A stretch of 64,000 bases of DNA from Azolla caroliniana (lineage: Eukaryota; Plantae; Polypodiophyta), in contig JBHGNT010000005.1 of NCBI GenBank assembly GCA_043228905.1, forward strand, positions 13,330,001 to 13,394,000, in the 5' to 3' direction. How positions within the stretch are numbered: the stretch's first letter is position 1; each line of letters starts with the position of its first letter. Shown piece by piece: positions 24,840-39,075 of the stretch. The notes below the pieces were generated by a model. The model was not told where the DNA came from. It saw only the letters and a list, made by a program, of their open reading frames with translations, and ran no database searches. The translations under genes and the position numbers were made by a program.

Positions 24840-26199
24840 TTTTACATAAGCCCATTAAATATTACATATTTCAATGAGATAGTAAAGAATATATTATGCA
24901 AACAATACTCAAATTTGAAGTAGCATACATACATACATACATACATATATATGCATGCATCCATATATACACATTCAAATATTACGTCCATGAATATGTA
25001 TATACATACATTACACCAATTTATACATGCATGCTGACTAAACATAAATATATGTACAAATATATATTATTATATGTAAATATGTACATACATGCATTAC
25101 ATACTACATACATATTAGAATCGGCCATATATATTGACATACATATAAAAATTACATATTACATGTATGTATACATACACATCCTTACAACATATTTTAT
25201 ATATTACATATTACACGCATATATTATTATACACACAATTATATACAAATGCAAATATACAAACCAAACACAAAAAAATAAATTACATATTATATATACA
25301 ATGTACACACATACATACACATATACACACATTGCATACATACAATACAATACAATATGTACATACATACACACACATCACACATGCATATCATATACAT
25401 GCATATATACCTACATTCATATATCACACATCACACGTGCGTATATACCTATATCCATGAATATGTATATACATACATTACACCCATTTATACTTGCATA
25501 TTGACTAAACATAAATATATGTACAAATATATATTACCATATGTAAATATGTACATACACATACATGCATGCATTACATATTGCATACAGATTAGAATCA
25601 ACCATATATATTGACATACATATATACATAATACATACAATAAAATTACGTATTACATAAATACATACACAAATGCATATATACATACAAAACACACAAA
25701 AATAAATGACCTTTATATTATAGGGAAAAGTACGAGGATACCCCTGGAAGTTCGTCCAAAAAATTACACTTTATAAAGTAATTACTTTATAAAGTGTAAT
25801 TTTTTGGACATAGGGGTAGTCTGGTAAATTTGGAACATCCAGGGGCATTCTGGTAAATAGACAAACTTCTAGGGGTATCCTGGTACTTTTCCCTTTATTA
25901 TATATATATACACATACATGTACATATTAATACCTAAGATTACATACTATATATATACAAATCTTCATACTTACAAACAAGTTACATATATATACACGTG
26001 CACACACACACACATAAATTAGATATTACATAGCATATAATCCATACTTATTACACAATATACAAATTTACACATACATAAATTACATATATACATATAT
26101 AGATATATTACATATGTACATACATATTCCACATATCACCATATATATGTATAGATTATACTGAACCATACAAACCACAATACTTACATATACACACAT
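24840..26199. repeat. Low-complexity TA/CA-rich tract with local duplications
   Basis: TACA/TATA microsatellite-like; about 24985-25150 recurs at about 25455-25630. Confidence 0.85.
25723..25893. mobile_element. Mutator-type MITE, 171 bp
   Basis: TIRs GGGAAAAGTAC(G/C)AGGATACCCCT..; 9-bp TSD TATATTATA/TTTATTATA (8/9). Confidence 0.8.
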
Positions 26200-29100
26200 T
26201 GTAATAACCAAGATCATTAATCCTAAAATAAAGATATAAATGACACAATCATACTGAAAATACACGTTACCACCCATCCGCTCCCGCACCAGAGTCGACA
26301 GCGCAAACAAGGAATCCTGATCTGTCCCATACCAACCAGTATCTCCACGTCAGGACCTTGGTAGATGACTAGTCCACATCAAAGAGAGCTTCATCTGAAC
26401 TACTCATGGGGCCTCCCCCTTAACTAAGGAGATTCTCCCCTATTTATAGGACCTAGGCCATGTAATGACATCTACCTAACCAATCATGTGCGGGGTACCC
26501 TATGACACATTAGGTCAGTCCAATAAAGCCGACGACTCACATATTACAGTGTGATAGCCCCCAAATAAGCACCTCTAAAACAATGAACATTACCTACTCC
26601 CCCCTCTGTTTAATTGCACTCTTGCAATGGGAAGTTAGGAAAATGGTTGCGTAATGTCTCTTCAGTTTCCCACGTGCTGTCTTCTTCCAATCTATCCTTC
26701 CAATTAACCTTGTAGCGATGAACAACCTTTGACCTTAGGTTTCTAGACCTATGGTCGAGGATTTTCTTAGGTTCATGTGGAGCAAAATGATCATCTTCCA
26801 ATGTCAATAAATTAGACGGTGTTACAACATTATCATCATAACCAATCGCCTCCTTTAATCGACTCACGTGGAATACGGGATGAACCATAACATTGGAAGG
26901 CAAATCCAAACGATAAGCATTGGGACCTATACATTTTAAAACTTTATATGATCCACAATACCGTGGGGCTAATTTTGCACACGGTCCTGTTCTCAATCTT
27001 TCTGAGTCCTTAGGAACCTGTAGAAAAACTTGTTGTCCTATGTGAAATTCCCTCGGTTTTCTATCATGATTCGCATAAAAGACATTTCTGTCTCGTGCCA
27101 TCTTAAGGTTTTCTTCTGCCAATTTACGTGCTTCAAGCATATCAGAGAGAAAATCTTTTGTACTATCCAGAGTATGCGAATCAAATGAAACATCAATAGG
27201 AGGATGTGGCGTATAACCATACATCAACATGAACGGGTTGTATTTTGTTGATGTATGCTTAGCGTTGTTGTAGGCAAATTCCACCATAGGAAGGTAAGTC
27301 TCCCATAATGAGGGTTTTTGCGCTACATATGCTCTCAACATATCCTCTAATATTTGATTCACTCTCTCAGTCTGCCCATCTGACTGAGGATGATCAGAAG
27401 AACTGAGACTCAAAGTTGTTTGTAACTTCTGACCAAAATGTACTTGTAAACTTGGAGTCTCGATCACTTACAATCTCCATCGGTAGACCATATAAGCTAT
27501 AAAGATGTTTAATAAACTTAATAGCCAATTGCTTTGCGGTAATTGTGGATTTCGTTGGAATGAATCTTGCCATCTTGGTAAGCCGATCAACAACCACCCA
27601 AATGGCATTACTTCCCTCCATGGAATGAGGTAATCCAACTATGAAATCCATGGATATACTTTGCCACTTTTCAGTTGGAATATCGAGAGGTTGCAATAAG
27701 CCAGGTTTTTTCTATAGCTCAGCCTTAATGACCTGACAATGCGGACAACGAATAACATGGGACTCTACCTTAGGTTTCATTTTTGGCCAGAAAAACCTCG
27801 CTTTAATCAAAGCTAATGTTCTTTTCACACCTGGATGTCCAGCAGAAGGGGCATCATGACATTCATATAGAATTTTATTCTTGATGTCCTTTACATGTGG
27901 TATGCAAACCTTACTATGGCAACATAGTAAAGGTTCTTCGGGGTAGATGTGGTTCCATAATCGACGTCAATACCTATTTCAACTCTCTTCCAGAACTTCG
28001 AAAATGTTCTGTCATCAAGGTATTTTTTTTACCCCGGATCAAATCAAATAAGTCGTAGTTAAATTCCACGAAACTTAGGGCATTAATTTCTGGAATACGA
28101 CTCGGCATCTGCAACGGAATTCTAAGCCCCTTTTCGATATCTAATTTCGAAATCAAAGTCTTGCATCAACTCCGCCCATCTTGCCTTTTGACCCTCAAAA
28201 TTCTTTTGAGGAAGGAAGTATTGCAAGGATTTGTGATCCGTTAAAACAGTAAATTTACTACCATACAAATAATGTCGCCATTTCTTAAAGACGTAAATGA
28301 TAGCAAATAATTCTTTTTCTTGAACCAAGTAATTTCTTTGGGCCAAATCCAAATTTTTGCTTTCAAAAGCAATCGGTCTCCCAATTTGAAATAATGCAGC
28401 CCCAATAGCATAATCACTTGCATCCGTCTCAACTTTAAATGTTTGATTAGGATCAGGTATAGCTAAAGTAGGTGCATTCACAATTAACGACTTCAACTTA
28501 TTGAAGGTTTCTTCAAGAGAGGCATTCCACTCAATAGGTTTAGTGGACTTTCTTGTAATACCCTTCAACAGGTCCGTAAATGGTGTAGTGTAGGATGAAT
28601 AGTTTTGAAGAGATCTTCTTAGAAATCCAACAAATCCTAAGAAAGATCGTAGCTCCTTAACATTTGAAGGTCGTGGCCAATTTAATACCACTTCTATCTT
28701 AGATTTATCGATAGACACACCCGACCTAGATATGTGGTGTCCAAGATACGTGATTTCCTTTTGAAAGAAATCACATTTAGATAGTTTGGCAAATAGCTTG
28801 TATTCACGAAGCTTGTCCAAAACTATTCGGACATGACGCACATGATCATCAAATGTATTACTATATACCATGATTTCATCAAGGAATACGACCACGAAAT
28901 CACCAAGTTGATCTCTAAATATATCATTCATCAATTGCTGGAATGTGGCTGGAGCACTCGTCAACCCAAATGGTAGAACCCGAAACTCATAATGACCATA
29001 ACAGGTTCGGAAAGCTGTTTTGGAAACATCTTCTTCCAAAACCCTGATCTGATGATAGCTAGTGCGCAAGTCTATCTTAGTAAAATATCTTACACTTTGG

Positions 29101-32100
29101 AGTCTATCTATCAAGTCATCAGAACAAGGCAAAGGGTAGGAATTGCGAATGGTGAGTTTATTCAAACCTTTGTAATTCACACACATTCGCCAAGTTTCAT
29201 CCTTCTTCTTGGCTAAGATGACAAGAGCTCCCCATGGCGATTTACTATACCGGATGTGTCCCATCCTCAAGTACTCCTTGATCTGTCAGGCAATTTCATC
29301 CTCTTCGGTTCGACTCAACCGATATGGGGGTATGCTCACAGGTTTAGCGCCTGGAACCAAGTTTATCTTATGATCTATAGACCAAGAAGGAGGTAGTCCT
29401 TGAGGTAATTTATCCGGGAATATCTCCTTAAAATTCGACAAGATATCATGTAGAGCATCTTTCTCAAAATCATCCAATGAACTCTTATCTATAAATTGAT
29501 ACAGAGGATCATTGGGCTCTAATATACATGCATAAAATTCTGCATCAACATTTCGATCATAAGCATAAAGATGATTAACAAAAATTAAATTGTTTATCGC
29601 AATCCCATGAATAAAAACTTGTTGTGTATGATTCGGCCAATCGATATAAAGACTATGTCTATTATAAAACCATATGTAACCAAGAACTACATCTACCGTT
29701 CGCAAACGCATTACATGAAAAGTCAACTTTTCAATGTAGTTATTTATTACTAGGGGTACACCATGTGCAATTAATGAATGCCTTTGAACATGGCCTCTCG
29801 CAATAAGGACTTTGTAGTCGTGATTACTTTTGGTTGTTTTTATTCATAAATCTGCACCATATTAGAGTCAAGAAAATTATGAGTGCTACCACAGTCAAAT
29901 AGTATAGTTACACTATGATTGTGGATAGTCCCATAAGTTTTAAGTAAATCGTGTGGTCCAAGAATATTTTTTTGTAATGCAATGGAAATAACGGAATTCA
30001 AATAATTCAAGAACATACTTGGATTATTGGAAGTTGATGGCTTTCTTTGCGGATTGTTGGAGTTACCCCTCTCCTTTCTCTGCCTACACTCGTTGGATTT
30101 ATGCCCAGGCTTCTTACAAAAGTTGCAGATTATTACCCACCTTTTCGCATTATCACCTTGACCTATCGGAGAAGGTTGGTATCTACGTTTACCACTTTCT
30201 CCTTCCGACTCTTTTGGTTGGTAACGAGCTTTTGTGTCAAACAGAATGCGAGCACGTTCCATCGCTTCTCCCAAGGTCTTGGGTTGATGAGCGTGGATCT
30301 CATAATGAAAATCTTTATTATGGAAACTATTAATATATAATCCTATCAGTATTTCCTCATTAGATGCCGACAAAAGTCCATGCTTTGTTATCATGTCACG
30401 GAAATACTAATTGAATTGGTCAATAGTCCTACCCTTATCAGACAAGTGACACATATCTTGTATCACTTGAGAAGTTGTCTTGGGACGGATAAATTCCATC
30501 CTGAGAATCTTTTCAAATGCCTCCCACGTTCCCGGTTTTCTATCCAACCGCCCCCACCATGAGTTTGCGGCACCGATCATCTCACGAACCACCATATCAA
30601 TCTTTTCAGACTCATTCTGAATATTCTCGAGGTGAAAGTGAGCATTCCATTGGTTTATCCAACTACTGACAAACTCGTGGTTGCGTTGCTTATCCTTTCC
30701 CGAGAACTGTTGAGGAGTAAATGAAGGCTTCTTCGTATTGCTTGATGTGGAAGCGTGTGCCTTTTAGCCCCAAAATTTGTTGTTGAAGGTTTTCAAATTG
30801 ATGCCTATTGGCATCAAGAAGCCCTTTCAAGTTTGGAGGAGAACGTTGTTGTGACCATTGTCATTGACTTGACAATATCATCTTGCGTTTTGCGGAAATC
30901 ATCCCTCATGACAAATTCAATATCGTCGTTAATATCCTTGTCACGGACCGGAGATATTGGTCGGTCGTCCTCATCTCGCATACGAGAAATTGGATGAACT
31001 TGACGGGTGGGAGATGTGGGATGTGTCGAAAAACTACGATGATTGGGAGATGTGTGATGTGCGGAATTACGAAAGGAGGAAGCCATGAAAATAAGGAGAG
31101 TTGAGAGAGGAAGGAAATAAGTATACTAAAGTCTAAAGTACTAAAGTATTATAAGACTTTAGAATTTGGATGAGGGAGAGAAATATGATATATTATCATG
31201 AGAGATAATACTTATATACCTTTTTACATTCAAGTCGGTGAGGATAAAAGACCCCCCCTATGATATATCCCATTTAGGAAATTATCCCCGTTTTATCTAT
31301 TTTGATTCCTAGATTAGACATTACAAAATAAGATCACCCCCCCTTTTTAGGAAGTCGGTGATGTGTAGTCAGTCACCACCTTTCTCAAGATAATCCCTCA
31401 AATTCTTCCAAACTAGGAAATTCTCCTTTTTTAGTTGAAGAAAATTCCTAGTTTAGGTTTTAGGAATAAACATCCCCCCTCTTTGGAAGTCGGTGGCAAT
31501 AGCTTGTGATTTCCACGAGAATCACTGCTAACAAACAGGAGTGATGATCAAAACATCCCTTCAATCATCATCCCCCTATTCTTCCCATCCATCTCACAGT
31601 CATGCTTCCCTCTCAGAGAACTAATTTTTTCCCTTTATCTCTCTCATTTACATCGATTAATAATTGATGATGATCTTATTCCCATAATCCTATAATCATC
31701 CTCATAATCAACCATATATCACCCATATAATCCATCCATAAACGCTAATGATCTATTGTTTATCCATCCATCATCGCGTAATCAAAATGCACCCGTGGTA
31801 ATGGATGATTATGGCCATTCGAATAAACCTTAAGGTCGATGATCAATTGATTATCGCCAATCAACGATCATCACCCTAGTTCTATCGGCCAATTTTAATT
31901 AAATTGATTATGAATGATCATTATCCATATATATGATGATCATCAATTATTTCCTTGAAAATTCGACGATCAAGCATCACCTATGGTATATTAGGTGGCC
32001 GACCTCTAGAGTTACGATTTCCACACATAAGGCCGCCTCATGGGCATAGCCATTAGTTCAAGAGAGGTATACGAAAAAAAAAATATAAATATATTTATGG

Positions 32101-32927
32101 TGAATTTATTTGAATAATTATATATTAAATATCTAAACGTATTAAAACAAACATTTAATAATAATAACACTTTTTTAACCCCTTGATTATATTTATTTAT
32201 TTGTGCATCAGGGGATCGAACTCAAACTCATAGCCTTTACTTTTAAGGTTAAAACAAGAATATACTAACCAACCCATCACACAAATCTTGTTGTAATAAG
32301 GTAACCTTAATATATTCATTATACATAACCCCCTACAATATACCGCACATCAACATATCACTCCCACACGGAATCTCCGTGACGTTTTCGACACTTCCCC
32401 AATCCAGCATTTAATATACATTAGTATGTAATATATATATATATATATAACATATTTTCCCGTACTAAAGCACACATCGCGAATCCAATCAAACATTATT
32501 TTTTTAGGATTAAAACCGCTCTGATACCATATGTAATAACCAAGAACATTAATCCTAAAATAAAGATATAAATGACACAATCATACTGAAAATACGCGTT
32601 ACCACCCATCCGCCCCCACGCCAAAGTCGACAGCGTAGACGAGGAATCCTGATCTGTCCCATACTAGCCAGGATGTCCACGTCAAGACCTTGGTAGATGA
32701 CTAGTCCACATCAAAGAGAGCTTCGTCTGAACCACTCATGGGGCCTCCCCTTAACTAAGGAGAGTCTCCCCTATTTATAGGACCTAGGCCATGCAATGAC
32801 ATCTACCTGACCAATCATGTGCGGGGTACCGTATGACACACATTAGGTCAGTCCTATAAAGCCGACAACTCAAATATTACAGTATGATAGCCCCCAAATA
32901 AGCACGTCTAAAACAATGAACATTACA
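26200..32927 (-). mobile_element. Decayed chromovirus (Ty3/gypsy, tRNA-iMet primed), full length
   Basis: LTRs 26200-26594 and 32532-32927; TSD CACAT/CACAC; PBS TGGTATCAGAGC at 32518-32529; PPT at about 26595-26606. Gag has CNFCKKPGHKSNEC; PR LFDCGSTHNF; RT (FLDE); RH; INT; chromodomain EPKKILDHR..YKVNW..STWE. Confidence 0.93.
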
Positions 32928-33366
32928 CACACACACATTAGATATGTATATGTATACTTACACATAAATAAATTAGATATTACATAGCATATAATCCATA
33001 CCTATTACACAATATACAAATTTACACATACATAAATTACATATATACATATATATGTAGATACATACATAGATATATTACATATGTACATACATATTCC
33101 ACATATCACCATATATATAGATTATACTAGACCATACAAACCACAATACTTACATATATACGCATGCATGCACACACACATTTGATATATGTATACTTAC
33201 ACATACATTGGATATATACATGTATATTACGTACATATTACAAACATACATCCATATACAAGCCATATACATATGTACTAAACATGAAAATATCCCAAAA
33301 ATATACATACATAAATACATTACATATATACACGTACATACATTCATACATTTACATACATATGAC

Positions 33367-33368
<2 letters not shown>

Positions 33369-33420
<52 letters not shown>
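33369..33420. repeat. (CA)n microsatellite, about 26 units
   Basis: Directly visible. Confidence 0.95.
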
Positions 33421-33421
<1 letters not shown>

Positions 33422-36058
33422 CAAGGAACTGGGGAGGGTAGGCGACTAGATTATCTTACTCAAGAAGAGACAAGAAAGGAAATTTCAAGTTCTAAGCAAA
33501 CTATCTGTCGCACTCATAGACAAATATGGTGGCTAGCTTGGAAAATTTCAATGCTTTCGGTAAAGGTAATGACTCTCAAGGAAGCATCCCTTGAGAGTGT
33601 GGAACGGAAGGATGTTCGAAGATTTTGTAATAACATTATTGGCTCATCGAGCTGGAAAATTTGGTTGAAAGAATGCATTATGGGATTTCTTGATAGATGT
33701 TGCACAAAACCTTACTCGAAAGCCACATGGACAACAATTTAAAGACACATCTAAGGCAATTTTTGTCATGATAAAAATGTGGGGTGGACCAAGATTACAT
33801 GACTTTGTTTCTAAAAATTTAGGTGGACCATAATTAATCACTACAAAGAGAGTTGAGAGGAAGACAACTAAATTCCTTCTAGGGATCCATGAATATATAT
33901 TCCAGGATGTGGCTAAGATTTATGAAAATGAAAAAAGAGTGCATGGCATTATAACAAAGGTTCCTTTCATTATTGCCAAGGATGAGACTGTGATTAAGCG
34001 GAATGTTAAGTGGGATAGCTCAAATGATTTACTTTTGGGCTTTTGTGGGCTAATGTCATCCAATCATCAATGTGTCTCATCATGTATGATAAAGGTGGGT
34101 GACTCTAATGTTGGTTATGAAACCATTGTTAGCTCCTTTAAAGACTATGTGGTTGGACACTATCCTAGGATGTTAATTGCGAATCCTCTTCACCCTAAAC
34201 TTCCACAATTAGTATTGGTTGTACAATGTACATGTAATTGCTTTGATGCAGATTTTGTAAAATGCCAATGGAATGAAGTGGAAACTCTATGGGAAAAACA
34301 CCTCTCCACAAGTATTGCGCCAATTCTTGGGTATGCATCAGATGGAGATAGTAGGAGAAGAAAGATTATGCTTCAAGATTACTTAACCCCAAGCATATGC
34401 TTAAGATATAAATTGCCTTGGGATGGTTGGATCTTCACATGTCAAATGATCAAGATTTCATGATCAAGATTTCATCCATAATGGAAAGAATCTTGTGAAT
34501 GCCTAGATAATCCCTCAAGACAATTAGTAATCGGAGATGTATGGATCACATTGAATCATGTGTCATTGGTATATAATAACTTCTCTCTTACTATCTCCAT
34601 CTGGCTTAGGAATGTGATATTAAGAGAGACGATAGACAAAATTGGGTTGGAGCCCAAAGAATTGCAAGTAGAAATGTTACTAATTGTTTAAAGATGTTAT
34701 ACCAAGGTGGAGAAGGTGTCAAAGTAAGAGAAATAGGTGCTTTGGGAACACATGTATACTTGCATATATTAGGTGACTATATTGATATTTTTCTATCCCC
34801 TCATGAGAGCTTATTCAAGAGTGTGGTACTTGCATCTAAAGTTGCATTCTTCTTTCAAATATGGAGATTATGGATTCTAAATAATCCAATTTATAATTTA
34901 AAAAGTAATTTTATTAGTCAGGAAACATTTTTGGATGTACAAATATCTTGTCACTTTGTAGTTTTACTTATAAAAATATTTCGTGACTTTTATCCACAAC
35001 TAGAATGTCCATTGCATCTCACAGGGTCTAATGGAGCTGAGATATTTTTTAGTAAAATAGGGGGAATGATTGGTATGGAGTGTGCATTTGATATATCAGA
35101 TGTTTTGCATTGTAGCGGAAATGTAAACAAGCTTGCCAAATTTGAGTGCAATGATAGTGGATTGATTTTTCCAAGAGCTCATAAGAAGCAAGAATCAATA
35201 TGGTCTAAACTCAATTTCATGCATGGCAAGCCTCTTGCAAACTTACAAGACTACATTGATATCTCAAATGATGATCAACTTGTTTTTGCACTTAAAGAAG
35301 GTTTAAAAGAAGCCCAAATTTTATGTGAGTCGTTAAATATGAAGCCTAAACACAATGGGCAATGGTGGAATTATCCCGGGATTGAGACAAAACAATCCTT
35401 GAGTTATATATATGGAGAGAAAGATGATGAAGAATGTGCTGAACACAATAAAAACTTAACAATGCATGAATGTGTGGAAAATGATGATGAGATTGCAATA
35501 AGTGAAATTCGCCATGAATTGGATGCTATATTGGATGACAACAATGTGAACTCTAAAGTCTCTTCATTTGTTCAAGTGGATGATAAAATTATATTTACAT
35601 CAACACTTGTGAGTCATCTAAATGGTAATCCAACATTGTCAAAGGATAGACTCACACGTGTAAGAGAAAGGGTCTTCTACTCATGTGAGAATGCAAATAA
35701 TTTCCTAAATGGAAATGGGAACCTAATTGGGATTGGTTCAGATTGTGATGTATTCTTTATTGAAGAAGATGTTAATTTAACAAGACCCAAAAGAAAAGGA
35801 ATATCAAATGAAAATGTTGTTTGGTACTTAGGACGAGTACAAAGGATGCGAAGAAAGATTGGAAATAAATTTGTGGAGTACAAGAGAGGAATTGACTTCA
35901 TGGATAGACTTGAAGATGTTCAATTACAACTTGATTGGTATAGGAAGATTAAGGGGAGTAGATTATTTGCATATGATTTGACACATATAAAAATGGTTGA
36001 CTTTGAGTCAATTATTGCACTAGCGAACCTCACATATAATGTTATTGTTATTTGTTAG
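33421..36058 (+). pseudogene. P-element-like DDE transposase (frameshifts and stops)
   Basis: IAKDET (D1), YASDGDSRRRK (D2), HDQDFIHNGKNLVN (DxxH), DRQN, and LTGSNGAEIFFS (E), in the P-transposase order. Confidence 0.6.
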
Positions 36059-37199
36059 ACGAAAGCTATTTTGGAAATGAAATCCAGGTATGTATATATA
36101 AGCTATTTTGAATTATATACTTGCATACATGTACATATATAATATATATTAAAGTAACTTAATATTTATGCCTTTTATTTTAACAAGAAAAGGAGAAAAG
36201 AGTAGAAACCAAATATAAACCTAAGGTATTCCAAATATATTTTCTGATTTCTTTAAGATATTATTTACTTCTATGTATATTAAGTTTTCTTGCCTTTGTT
36301 GTTACATGTTATAATATAGGTCCAACGTTGAAGATGGAAACGACATGAAATTTATTGCCTAAAATGAACTTCTTAGGGTTTTCTTTTTATATAGTTGGTC
36401 TTTATAAGGGCACCCTTTATTGTAATAAGTTTTTTAAGTAGACATTGCAATAACAAAATGATTTATTTTATTTCATTTTGATTTGGGTAAGAATGTGTGA
36501 ATAGATGATGTCTTACATTTCAAATGGAAATATGAAGTAGGTTGCCATTTGTTGGATCAATGTGTTTGAGAAAAAATAATGTTATGGCTTCATATGAGTC
36601 TATCCATGAAACCAAACATAATGTTAATTTGTTAGTAATTTCATTATTGATATGTATTTTAGATTGTTCCATGTGTGCTTTTTAAGATATATATGTCAAG
36701 TTCAAGATTGTTTTATTGTAAATTACATTGTTTTGTATACTCTGTTCTTCATACGTCTCAATAAACTAAAAACAAAAACTTATATGTGGCTTATATATGT
36801 TATACCTCTAATGTTTTTGAGTAATGTTTCCTAATTGTGTGTGCATTTCTTTGTACTTTACAGATTGTGTTTTCAATCTATGTGGCACTTGATAAAGCAT
36901 TTCTAGGAATTTGCATATGATGTCCAATGTTGATTCATAATTTTGCGAGTCATCAATTGTAAAGACAGTCATTGATCTTTTCTAGGAATAGAAACTATGT
37001 GTGCATGTATATTTTATATGTAAGGGTATTTAAAATGGGTGATTATTAAAATACATATTCATAATAAGGGGTATTTTTATTAATCATTTTTCTACACAAG
37101 GGTCACTAAAATAGTAAAAAACATATGTATAAGGGGTTTATAAATGATGTCATGAACGCACGTGACACAACCTTCTTATATATAGTGGAGTCCACGTGG

Positions 37200-38960
37200 A
37201 AATCATCAATTATGACTCCTAGAGAAGCATTAGGGCTACCCGAACTTCCACCGATAGCACATGAAATGGTGGCCATTATGCAATTCGGCACATCATATGA
37301 ATTGGTGGAATGGCTCGCACAACGATTGTAGGAAGTATCAGAATGGTTGGCCCAAGAATATAAGGATTGGGTAATGGTCCAAAAGGTTTTAATTGGAGTT
37401 GTCGAGCTAGAGGAACAACAAGAACTGGACAGAATCGGCCGACATTGAAATGCAACAAAGCAAGGCAAGGCAATTCACTTGCCCCGATTACAGAGAGCAC
37501 TTGTAGAAGTGCATAGAGAATATGACAAGGCAAATAGGGCAGCCAAAGATATGGCTGAAGCATACAAGAGAGCCACGACAGTAGAAGATCGGCTATAACA
37601 CCAATGGACAAAAAGCCAAGCTGAAAATTATAAGTTGTCGGCAATCCGAGCTGACAAACTGAAGAAAAATTAAAAGAGCCTGATCAGCAATTCCAACAAC
37701 AATTACAAGAAGCCGAGAAGAAAGCGGGGAACACAACCACGAGAACCGAAGCGGCAAAGCATAAGGTCATGAAATTAGAAGACCACATTTTATTGGCAAC
37801 AAACAAAATCGGGAAATGGTTGGACGCGAAAGATGATGTTATCCAACGATTAAAAAGACAATTGGCACAATAGCAGGATCAGACACAATAGCAAATAGAA
37901 CCGGTATAGGAATTGGAGGATTATATCATAATCTAGGAGGAGTATTTTGTGGACCAAATGGCTGAGACGGAACTCCAAAAAGAGGCTACACAAGATGCGC
38001 ATGAAAAAGAAAAGCGACGCCTGGAATCAGTGAATACCGATTTAACAAGAACCTGCGCAGAGTTAAAAGTCAGGTATGAGAACAAACGACTCGAGTTGTT
38101 GATAGCTGAAGCGAAATTAATGCAAGCCGAAGGCTCAAACAACCCACAAATAGCAGAATTAAGAAAACTATGAGCCACGACACAATACTAGGTAAGTATG
38201 GGTGAGGAAAAAGTCAAACCAATAATAGAAGCCGACAAGCTCAAAACGTTATCGTTGGTACCCGAATCCCTCAACAAAGGATGGAAGACCTGGTCGACGG
38301 AGGCAGCCGAATCGCAACTCTTACGTGCCGACAAGGAGAACAGAAAAGCGCAGGGTCAAGGGTTCTTCAAAATCACAGAAGTAGACATCTCTACAGTACA
38401 GGAAGACTTAGCTCGGGACTTGTATGAGTTGGCAGTGAGGCATCGGGAGGAAGTACCTCGAGTAATGGAGGAATTCGATGCCCATGACATCAACACTGCT
38501 GCATGAGGAAAAAGTCAAACCAATAATAGAAGCCGACAAGCTCAAAACGCTATCGCTGGTACCCGAATCCCTCAACAAAGGATGGAAGACCTGGTCGACG
38601 GAGGCAGCCGAATCGCAACTCTTATGTGCCGACAAGGAGAACAGAAAAGCGCAGGGTCAAGGGTTCTTCAAAATCACAGAAGTAGACATCTCTACAGTAC
38701 AGGAAGACTTAGCTCGGGACTTGTATGAGTTGGCAGTGAGCCATCGGGAGGAAGTACCTCGAGTAATGGACGAATTCGATGCCCATGACATTGACACTGC
38801 TGCCAAGCAAGACAACTACGAACGAAACCGGCGGCAACAAACAACCGAGCTTAGATCTTCATTCGTGCCGCAACCACCACCACAATCAACCAATGCTGAG
38901 TACGAGGAGAATAGCATCGACGACAATGACAAAGATCCCGAACAAGAAGCAGAACCATAA
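37200..38960 (+). pseudogene. Extra ORF, C-terminal coiled-coil part (family H), with a ~300-bp tandem duplication
   Basis: AHEMVAIMQFGTSYELVEWLA motif and E/K/Q-rich heptad-like stretches. 38203-38502 is repeated at 38504-38803. Ends just before a 3' LTR. Confidence 0.7.
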
Positions 38961-39058
38961 ATGTTTGACTTACTCCACTGGTGATGACAACAATGACGAC
39001 CCTTACCCAACCAGGGAAGCATAACACGTACCGTCGGTTCAAACGGGCAAGCCCTTGG

Positions 39059-39073
39059 CCCACGAGCGTGCCA
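39059..39073 (+). promoter_or_regulatory. tRNA-Arg 3'-end-like motif at the PPT position (family H)
   Basis: CCCACGAGCGTGCCA, 2 nt before the TGTTAG LTR start; no purine tract there. Confidence 0.7.
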
Positions 39074-39075
39074 TG

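Larger units (their letters stand above)
24659..37164 (+). mobile_element. Candidate P-element-like DNA transposon (hosts a MITE and a chromovirus)
   Basis: Imperfect inverted termini CATGTGAGTTCATCA / TCATGAACGCACGTG (12/15), TAAGGG(G)T motifs clustered at both ends, and an internal transposase. No TSD found. Confidence 0.45.

Noticed and set aside
24896-25614. Y/I/H/T-rich ORFs (also 33164-33440)
   Set aside because: These are translations of TA/CA low-complexity DNA.
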